64,000 nt of DNA, from the sequence record MH791400.1. One strand, given 5' to 3'. Both the position numbers and the translations under genes were made by a program. Every line of letters begins with the position of its first letter. Position 1 is the stretch's first letter. Origin of the DNA: Escherichia phage EcSzw-2. Positions 56,743 to 64,000 of the stretch are shown piece by piece. The notes beneath the pieces were generated by a model that had not been told where the DNA came from, searched no databases, and saw only the letters and a program-made list of their open reading frames with translations.

Positions 56743-58982
56743 TATTCTTCCTCTGGGTAACTTGAGTTAAGAAGGATATCTTCTTGGTTCTTGTCCATGA
56801 TATCAACCGTCTTATTAGCAATCTGCTTACCATCCAGATTGAATGAAACATTCAGGGTCTGTCTAGTCTGCATAGGGAAACCAGAAGGTGTCATCATCAT
56901 TGGGGTTTGGTTGAACTTAGTTGCAAAGTTATTTAAAGACTCTGACAAGTTGTTCATGATAATATCCCAATTGGACATTCCATTATCAACAAAGCTACGA
57001 TTACCTTGAGCATCTACAGAATATTGTGCAAACTGTAGCTGTCCATTCTGGTCAAAGAACATTGGACGTTTTGGGTTGGTAATGCTTGATACGGCATCTT
57101 CGAAAGGTTTTGGAAGATTTACTTCACTATATCTTCCGTTATTCTTTCTGTCTGTAGAACCGGATAACATCAATGATGAACCAACTGTACCAAGAGCCAT
57201 TCTTGTTGCTGTGACTCCTGCAACACCTGCTGCTTCAGATGCGGCTGCTGCACCACCTAAACCAAATCTCTGCATGATTTTTGCAAAGATACCTTCTTCA
57301 AAGATACTCTTAACGAATGCTACAGTCCCACCAAAGATTTTTGCAACCTTCGTGATAGCGGCAATTGCAACACCAATCATAGCAAAGGTTGAGACCAGTT
57401 CAGCAGAATCCTTGATAAGTTTCTGTTGACTTGCATCCAAATCCTTGTACCATGCCATTGCAGAGTAGTACAGTGAAGATGTTCTATACATGATATCTGT
57501 TACGAAGTCAAGTAAGTTACCAGCACCTTTTAACAGGTAACCAATCACTGTACCGAGTGCTTCAGCAGTACCCATAGAACCTTGTAAGAACATTGCAATG
57601 GATTGTGAAAGCTGTGAAATACCGTCGCTAGAGTTGTTAAACAATGCAACTAACATGTTATCCCACATAGACTTTGCTTGACCCATTGAGGTAGCTGTCT
57701 GCTTAGATACGGCATTCATACCACCTGCTGCCTGTACCAACTCAGCCATCTTTTCAGATACCTTTGGAAGTACATCTTCAGCAAGGAGTTTACCGTCCTT
57801 CATCATCTTATCAAGTTCTTGTGGTGTCTTACCGATAGCGTCAGCAAACAGCTGTACAGCACCTGCCAAACGGTCACCTAACTGACCACGGAGTTCTTCA
57901 GCCTGAATCTTACCCTTAGAAGCCATCTGCTGGAAAGCAACCATGATACCTTTCAGGTCTTCGTCTGTTGCACCCCTGATACGGGAGAACATCGCAGCGT
58001 TCTTATAGAACTCCTGAGTTCCTTGGAATCCAAGAGCAGGTTGAGCACCAGCAGCAAAGTTTGCGTATTGCTTCATGGTCGCTGTGTAGTTCTGTCCAAT
58101 CTGATGAGCGAACGATGCAGCGAACATTCTGGCTTGCTGTGTATCTGCTCCGAAGATAGCTGTTGAGGCTAACTGTGCAGATTGTCTTTTAACACCTGCA
58201 TCAATTGTTTTCTGAGCCAATTCTAAGGCTGCATAAGCTGAAACAAAACCACCAATCATCTGACGTAGAGATGAGTTAGCTCTTTCCTGAAGCCAAGCTG
58301 ATTCTCTGACTGACTTGAGTCTAGCATTTTCTGCAATAACCCAACGCTTGGTAACGTCAATGAGCTTTTTGACTTCCATCTCATATTCACCGACTTTACC
58401 AGTTCCCTTATATTTGTTATAAAGACTTTGCAAGTTCCCTCTGAAGGAAGCTGCCATTTGATTACCTTGTCCACCAATAGTTTCAAGGCGACGTGTCAGA
58501 CCAGAATAGAAGTTGTTGTTAAACATTCTTTCCATCTGTCTCTGAGCAATATCGGGTCTTGGAGGTCTTGGGTTGCCACTTCCACCAGTAGGAGGGAAGC
58601 CAGTACCACCTTTTCTACCACCACGAACAGTGACTTTTCCATCAACTTTCATAGCGTCTCTTAAAGCCTTGTTAATTTCCTTGGCAGTTTTTCTACCTTG
58701 CGTCTCCAGTCTTTTAAGAGATTTAACACCTTGTGAATCAAGGTTAAGGGAGTTGTTGAGTGCTTTATTGATTCTGCCCGAAGCAGTCTGAGCGTTTTTT
58801 ACAATTCTGTTTAATGCTTCCTGTGAAGACTTATTAGGTTTCACGTCAAAGGCTTTGTTAATATTACGTTCAATTCGTTGAGCAGACTGCATAGCCATCT
58901 TTTCAACTCTCTGCAAACCTTTAACAACCTTTTCACTGAAACCCAACTCCACAATAAAGCTATCAACTGTATATTGTGCCAT
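56742..58982 (-). CDS. tail tape measure protein
   Basis: 746 aa, largely alpha-helical low-complexity with Gly/Ala-rich hydrophobic segment; preceded by two small chaperone-like ORFs. Confidence 0.7.
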
Positions 58983-59221
58983 TAAATTTTACCTGCCCTT
59001 CTAAGTTCGTTATAAGCAATTTCTTCTTTGTATGACCTCTGGATTTCTAAATACTGTCGCAGAGATAATAAATCAGAGAAAGTCATTGAGAAGAGTTGGT
59101 CGAGTGTTTCTTTACACCCTTCCATACCGTAAATAGCAAGCACAAATTTCATCTCATCTGCTTCTTCATAAGTTGCTGCTACAGCCCCATCAGTCAATGG
59201 GGTCTGCATAGCACTACTCAT
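58982..59221 (-). CDS. tail assembly chaperone, distal ORF (possible frameshift extension)
   Basis: 79 aa; starts 2 nt after the stop of the upstream 136-aa ORF in the -1 frame. Confidence 0.45.
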   Translation of the reverse strand: MSSAMQTPLTDGAVAATYEEADEMKFVLAIYGMEGCKETLDQLFSMTFSDLLSLRQYLEIQRSYKEEIAYNELRRAGKI

Positions 59222-59223
59222 GC

Positions 59224-59634
59224 TTACTGAGAAGTTAGGCTTTTGAAAATGCTTGCTTCGAAAAAACTTCCGAAATTAGCCTCCAGAGCAAATGCCAAGA
59301 AGTCAATAAATTCACCGTAGTTTGCTTGGAAGTATTTATCTACGTTTAGAGGGAAGTCATCTACAGTTGCACCTTGGAATAACAGAGCAGCCATTGAGTC
59401 AATATCGAGTTCATCAATACGGTCAAAGCAAGCTTCAACTAATTCTTTGAAAGGTACTGCTGTTACACTTTCTTCACCTTCTTTCTGCTCTTTCCCAGAT
59501 AAACTTGAAAACATCTGAGCAATTGTCGGTACAACAACTTTACCAAGTTTCATCGACATTTTAATACCATCTCTTGCACCTAGCAGGACAATATTCACTT
59601 TCTTACCATTAATAATTTTAGATTCTGTCTTCAT
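59224..59634 (-). CDS. tail assembly chaperone (136 aa)
   Basis: Position between tube and tape measure genes. Confidence 0.5.
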   Translation of the reverse strand: MKTESKIINGKKVNIVLLGARDGIKMSMKLGKVVVPTIAQMFSSLSGKEQKEGEESVTAVPFKELVEACFDRIDELDIDSMAALLFQGATVDDFPLNVDKYFQANYGEFIDFLAFALEANFGSFFEASIFKSLTSQ

Positions 59635-59664
59635 TGTGATTCCTTAAATTTCTTAGGTTCTATA

Positions 59665-59700
59665 AACGAAAAAAGGGAAGACCTTTTACAGTCTCCCCCT
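59665..59700 (-). terminator. probable rho-independent terminator after tube gene
   Basis: imperfect GC hairpin followed by tttttt on minus strand. Confidence 0.5.
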
Positions 59701-59713
59701 TATTAGGATGTTC

Positions 59714-60160
59714 TTAAACACTTGACGCAGGAATCGTAGAAGTGTAGTCTAGCTTCTCACAACCAAAAATCCAAGTTTTAGAGTTCTGGTCACGACCAAG
59801 TTCAATCTGTGGCAGTTCCTGCAACCATGCGTTAATACCAGTTGCCAGAACAGAACCAGATGGGTCGTAGATTACGAAGTTAGAAGAGATATCTACTTCA
59901 AGTTCCATGTCATCTTGTTTAGCTTGAATCGCAGAAAGCATCTGATTAGAGAGTGAAGTCTGCATTAACTCAATCTCAATAGTACCTGTCTTATCTGCGT
60001 TTCTTGTCAGAGCTACCTGACCACCTGCACCAACAACTGGTGTAACAAGTGGAGAAGTTCTCTGTAGACGTAAGAATGAATCTGGAGCAAAGCCTTCAAT
60101 GGCAATACCATTCCAGCTACATACAACGTCTTTAGGGGAATATTGCTGATACATAGCCAT
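59714..60160 (-). CDS. tail tube protein
   Basis: 148 aa; immediately downstream of sheath gene. Confidence 0.6.
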   Translation of the reverse strand: MAMYQQYSPKDVVCSWNGIAIEGFAPDSFLRLQRTSPLVTPVVGAGGQVALTRNADKTGTIEIELMQTSLSNQMLSAIQAKQDDMELEVDISSNFVIYDPSGSVLATGINAWLQELPQIELGRDQNSKTWIFGCEKLDYTSTIPASSV

Positions 60161-60175
60161 TCCAATTTACCTCTA

Positions 60176-61528
60176 TTATTCGTAAGCCACTGTACCTTTC
60201 AAGTCAACATCCAAGATAGCACCTGCTAAGATACCTGCGAAGGTAACATCTTTCAGGATACGAGCTTTCTTGTCTGCTAAAGCAACTTGAGAGGCTTTAG
60301 GAACATTAACTGTGTAAGATGACAGGAAGTTTCTGTTAACTGCTCTTTGCAGAGAGGTTTCAATGACCTGACGAATACGGGTAATACCAGTATCATCATA
60401 AGTAATCTTACCACCCTTCTGATTAATTAGCAAGTCTCTAAGAGAAGTTTTCAAGTCAGATTCTAACCAGTCAACACCACGGATGATATCAATCCATTCA
60501 CCACCAGAAGTGATACCTCTACGTACAACTGGAACACCGCCATCAAGGTCGATGAAGTTGCAGTGACGTACATCCAAAGCGGATTTCTGAATGCTTGTCA
60601 GAGGTCTCTGGTTAGCTGGCTGAAGAGATGCTTCAACACCAGTCAACTGAGCGTTACCCCAAGCAATGGAACCTGCGTCATATGGAGCACCATAAGCGAT
60701 GTAAGCCATTTCTGGGTAGTCATAACTTGCAGTGTGATGCCATAGGCAAACAGTACGTGTGTACATGCTCTTAGCAAGTTGTGCAGGAACATCAGAAGCT
60801 GATGCCAATTCAGTACCTTGCAGGGCAGCTACATCAGAGTTAGCTGTGAAGAAAATCTTCTTACGAGCCTGAATCTCAGAAGCCATTGCCAAGACGAACT
60901 GTGTAGTTCTGTCTTCAGCAGAAATGAAGTACCAGTCAGTTGAGTACGTTTCAATTGCAGCCAGAGCACTTGCAGCAGTATCAGCAGTTGTACCAGCGAT
61001 TGACACAGAACTTGTTGTTGATGTAACTTTTACGAAGTCATTGTCACCAGCTTTTGTAACAATCATGGTTGCAGAGCTACCAGTACCTGTTACGTTGATA
61101 GTAACATCATCTTTGATTGTTGGGTCAGCTTCAATCTGCTCTTTAAACTGCGTCAGTACAATCAGAGCGGTGTCATCAGCTTGAGCAGTGTATTGGTATG
61201 GCTGAGAAACCCCACCACCTACAGCAACCGTCAGAGAGTAATCTGTGCTTTCAGTTACTTCATCGGGGATTGAAACTGTATACTGCATAGCACGTCTACC
61301 AATATATAGCTGAGTTACTTTTGGAGTCTGACTCCATAGTTGTTTTGCAGCTTTATAAGCAGCAGTACTTTCACCGAAATCTTCAGCAACTTCAGTCAGA
61401 GAAGTATAGCCACGAACCCTTTCTTCAAAGTTGTCTGTTGACGCTAAGAATAATGGTAGACCAAAACCTTCTCTCGTAGTTCCTGCGGTGTTCAATGTAA
61501 TATCTACATTAACAATTGGATTCCACAT
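60176..61528 (-). CDS. contractile tail sheath protein
   Basis: 450 aa; sheath-tube-chaperone-tape measure gene order. Confidence 0.65.
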   Translation of the reverse strand: MWNPIVNVDITLNTAGTTREGFGLPLFLASTDNFEERVRGYTSLTEVAEDFGESTAAYKAAKQLWSQTPKVTQLYIGRRAMQYTVSIPDEVTESTDYSLTVAVGGGVSQPYQYTAQADDTALIVLTQFKEQIEADPTIKDDVTINVTGTGSSATMIVTKAGDNDFVKVTSTTSSVSIAGTTADTAASALAAIETYSTDWYFISAEDRTTQFVLAMASEIQARKKIFFTANSDVAALQGTELASASDVPAQLAKSMYTRTVCLWHHTASYDYPEMAYIAYGAPYDAGSIAWGNAQLTGVEASLQPANQRPLTSIQKSALDVRHCNFIDLDGGVPVVRRGITSGGEWIDIIRGVDWLESDLKTSLRDLLINQKGGKITYDDTGITRIRQVIETSLQRAVNRNFLSSYTVNVPKASQVALADKKARILKDVTFAGILAGAILDVDLKGTVAYE

Positions 61529-62128
61529 TTATTTTACCCCTTTGGAGTCTACATCTAGATGGATAGTATATTCTGGTGGCTCCTGTCCTTCCTCATAAAC
61601 CAACTCACCATCAACGATAACGCACTCAATAATACCGCCACGTTCATCTTTCAAGACTGAGTTCATTACAAGGGTTACAACAAGAGGTGCAGAATTTTCG
61701 AAATCTGTATTAAGATAAGTGTAATCATTCGGGATAGCTCCAGTATCAAGTACCGTAGCACCTGTCTGTTCAAGCAAGAAATCCCTTGTGGAACTCATCT
61801 CTAACCTTTGTTTTAGCTCCAGCATAATACTGTGAGCACCTTTACCATTTACAGTAATTAGTACGGGAATCTGAAAAGCAATTCGATAACAAACTACATC
61901 ATCTTCCACGAATTTATCAAGTAGCCAACCATAAGGTGTTGTAGCATCTTGGCAGTATACTGTAATGAATGGCTGGTCAGGTTTTAAACCTTTATCGTTA
62001 GAGTTGTCAGAGGGGTAAGCCCTAATAACGTTTGGTCTGTTATTCTTATCACGCGCTAATCGGTGACCAATAACATCTACCAAAGTTCTGACAATCCCTT
62101 TCTCAAGTTCTGCTGTTTCTAACTGCAT
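61529..62128 (-). CDS. head-tail joining / tail completion protein (199 aa)
   Basis: Position between capsid and sheath genes. Confidence 0.4.
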   Translation of the reverse strand: MQLETAELEKGIVRTLVDVIGHRLARDKNNRPNVIRAYPSDNSNDKGLKPDQPFITVYCQDATTPYGWLLDKFVEDDVVCYRIAFQIPVLITVNGKGAHSIMLELKQRLEMSSTRDFLLEQTGATVLDTGAIPNDYTYLNTDFENSAPLVVTLVMNSVLKDERGGIIECVIVDGELVYEEGQEPPEYTIHLDVDSKGVK

Positions 62129-62504
62129 TCATTTTATCCCTTCTAATAATGATATATTCATAATGGGATGTGTAAGCTAATTGATTTGACCAGTCCATTG
62201 TCATAAATACTTCGTACTCGTGACCATCAATCATCACAATATCAGATTCAGTCCAATCAACATCATCAGATGTTCTCAACTTAGCTACAGTATAAAGGAT
62301 TCTGGTATCAGTCAGTCGAATACCTTCAGGTAAAACAATCTGTGTACCATTCTTCACAGAACCCTTAATATATGGCTGGATATTACCTTTGCAGTTAATC
62401 TCTACAATATCTTCTGAAGCTACCCAATCACCATCGTTATTGTAATAACCATCTTCAGATACTTTGCGCTTAACTACAAAGCGGTGTCTGTTTAAGAGTC
62501 TCAT
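62103..62504 (-). CDS. head-tail joining protein (133 aa)
   Basis: ORF in structural operon. Confidence 0.4.
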   Translation of the reverse strand: MRLLNRHRFVVKRKVSEDGYYNNDGDWVASEDIVEINCKGNIQPYIKGSVKNGTQIVLPEGIRLTDTRILYTVAKLRTSDDVDWTESDIVMIDGHEYEVFMTMDWSNQLAYTSHYEYIIIRRDKMNAVRNSRT

Positions 62505-62983
62505 TTCTTAATACCTTTTTTAGTAGAAATTTTATAAGCAAGCTTGTCTCTCAAATCACCTGTCTCTACAAGAGGTGCGTTAAAACCTTTTTTCTTGACT
62601 GTGGAAGGTGCGTTAGGAGGAAGGATAGCAGTATTACCGAAGCCTCTTTTAATTGACTTTTGAGCACTCTTTGCAAATGCTTCCAAAGTGTTTGTAGGGT
62701 CTACGTTAAGACTGTTAAGTTGCTTATAGAGATTCTTCTTAGTCTGCTCTAACAAGGTCTGTCTGTTTAGCATCATAGTGATTTCAAACAACCTACGATA
62801 TACTTTACCAGAAGCTGAGGGAACCCCAATAACTTCGTGTAAATACATTAAAGCAGGATAAGAAAAACCAGAGCTATGTTGACCTTGTTCTTGAAAATAC
62901 CCAACTTGAGCATTAGCCGTATGCAAGTTCTTCATAGCCCCGACTAATTTAGCTCTCGCGGGGTGAATAACCCTTTTAACCAT
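62501..62983 (-). CDS. head-tail joining protein (160 aa)
   Basis: ORF in structural operon. Confidence 0.4.
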   Translation of the reverse strand: MVKRVIHPARAKLVGAMKNLHTANAQVGYFQEQGQHSSGFSYPALMYLHEVIGVPSASGKVYRRLFEITMMLNRQTLLEQTKKNLYKQLNSLNVDPTNTLEAFAKSAQKSIKRGFGNTAILPPNAPSTVKKKGFNAPLVETGDLRDKLAYKISTKKGIKK

Positions 62984-63435
62984 TATTCATCTCGCTCGAT
63001 AATAAATACGCCATTGACATTAGGGCAGAAGTCTCTACCATGATATCTAGCAGCATCGCCATATTCAGTATATTTCTTGACAGAGCAAGGATTCTGTTGA
63101 CGCCTGATATCAATATCACACTGACTAATCCCACCCGCATAAGGTAGACCAGACACTGAACTTTTAATCAGGTCGTCGTAGACAGCTTTTAGAGACTTGA
63201 ATCTGGAAGAGTTACGTAAGTAAACACCACCAACTTTCTCATCTCCCATCTTGGCTACTTGAAAGAGTAAATATTTAAGAGCTTTGATGGCTGCTTTCTT
63301 TTCGTCTTTACCAGATTCCACATAGAACCACTCTAGCACCGACTGCTCAATAAGAATTTCATCATTATTAGTGTCGGTGCAGAGGATTCTAACTCTATCA
63401 AGAGGGTTATTGGCTGGGTCGCCTGTATAACACAT
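62983..63435 (-). CDS. head-tail adaptor/head completion protein (150 aa)
   Basis: ORF in structural operon. Confidence 0.4.
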   Translation of the reverse strand: MCYTGDPANNPLDRVRILCTDTNNDEILIEQSVLEWFYVESGKDEKKAAIKALKYLLFQVAKMGDEKVGGVYLRNSSRFKSLKAVYDDLIKSSVSGLPYAGGISQCDIDIRRQQNPCSVKKYTEYGDAARYHGRDFCPNVNGVFIIERDE

Positions 63436-63456
63436 TTATAACCCTCCTTTCAAGTA

Positions 63457-64000
63457 TTAGCCTTGTGGTGCAGCGTCAGAACGTACATCTACCAGCAACT
63501 GAGGACGTGTGCAGTATGGCAGCATGTAAGAGTGAGCTTCGAAGTCAATACCTTCGTCACGGTCTTTTTCGTATTCGAATACGTACAGTTCCTGACCAAG
63601 AGTATTCGCGTAACCCATCTTAGGACATGGGCCATATGCAACTTCGAAGATGTTGTTAGCTTCACCTAACATAGCGACGTTAGGGAACGCATGACCAACA
63701 CCTACAGTGTTTGCTACGCCGTCGATGCTTACCAGAACGTGAGTCTTACCACGCTTATCTTGGAACTTACCATTGTACTGAACAAACTTCACACCACCGT
63801 AGTAGAATGTGTTCATGTGAGCCTGAACTCCATCAGTACCACCAGTTCTCAGAGAGCCAGTAATCTGCTGCCAAGCCAGCGGAGTCTGCTGTGCAAGGTA
63901 TGCGTCACGAATCTTCGGATGCTTGATAAGCTTGCTGAAGAACAGACGGTCAACAACAATGTGAATTTCTTCACCGTTGATTACAGTACCAACTTTAGCT
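63457..64000 (-). CDS. 3' portion of a larger gene running off the window end (probable major capsid protein); the 119-aa track ORF is only its C-terminus
   Basis: Frame stays open from 63816 to the window end (…AKVGTVINGEEIHIVVDRLFFSKLIKHPKIRDAYLAQQTPLAWQQITGSLRTGGTDGVQAHMNTF…). Confidence 0.5.
   Translation of the reverse strand, partial: AKVGTVINGEEIHIVVDRLFFSKLIKHPKIRDAYLAQQTPLAWQQITGSLRTGGTDGVQAHMNTFYYGGVKFVQYNGKFQDKRGKTHVLVSIDGVANTVGVGHAFPNVAMLGEANNIFEVAYGPCPKMGYANTLGQELYVFEYEKDRDEGIDFEAHSYMLPYCTRPQLLVDVRSDAAPQG

Overview
This window looks like one contiguous piece of a tailed dsDNA phage genome (low GC, tightly packed co-oriented operons, abutting or overlapping start/stop codons, many UUCG-loop intrinsic terminators). 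No rRNA, tRNA or CRISPR was found. Layout: (1) 1-7.4 kb is an AT-rich early region with about 15 small minus-strand ORFs of unknown function, most driven by their own copy of a reiterated ~90-bp sigma70-like promoter plus conserved leader/RBS cassette (two subfamilies), interrupted by repeat-dense noncoding DNA (TTAACA(A/G)G heptamer arrays, ~10-bp phased CTATAG-type repeats, a ~50-bp direct repeat at 1-50 and ~3641-3690). (2) 7.40-7.85 kb is a noncoding spacer with a G-rich tract and four ~20-bp iterons. (3) 7.85-37.7 kb (minus strand) carries a macro-domain protein, a spanin pair, an SLT-type lytic transglycosylase, rIIA/rIIB-like proteins, an adjacent NAMPT-family and Prs-family pair, anaerobic (NrdD/NrdG) and aerobic (NrdA/NrdB plus glutaredoxin-like) ribonucleotide reductases, HNH and GIY-YIG homing endonucleases, a flap endonuclease, SSB, a T7-gp4-like primase-helicase and a T4-gp1-like dNMP kinase. 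(4) 37.95-46.7 kb (plus strand) carries a family A DNA polymerase, ATP-dependent DNA ligase, small Zn-ribbon proteins, an HTH regulator module with a promoter/operator, DHFR and thymidylate synthase. (5) 46.7-64 kb (minus strand) is a myovirus-type structural module: His-rich tail fibres, baseplate, tape measure, chaperones, tube, sheath, head-tail joining proteins and the 3' part of a probable capsid gene. The gene set resembles Felix O1-like (Ounavirinae) myoviruses, but that is recollection, not a search result. Most interesting candidates: the NAMPT/Prs pair (possible NAD+ reconstitution counter-defence), the macro-domain protein, the promoter-cassette early gene array, and the heptamer/iteron noncoding arrays. 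Caveats: all product calls are from motifs read by eye; nine ambiguous bases (n) sit in the first 7 kb, mostly inside repeat elements; coordinates I derived myself (terminators, promoters, sub-60-aa ORFs, revised starts) may be off by 1-3 bp, and at one place (about 9360-9540) the displayed sequence and the supplied ORF track disagree by one base.
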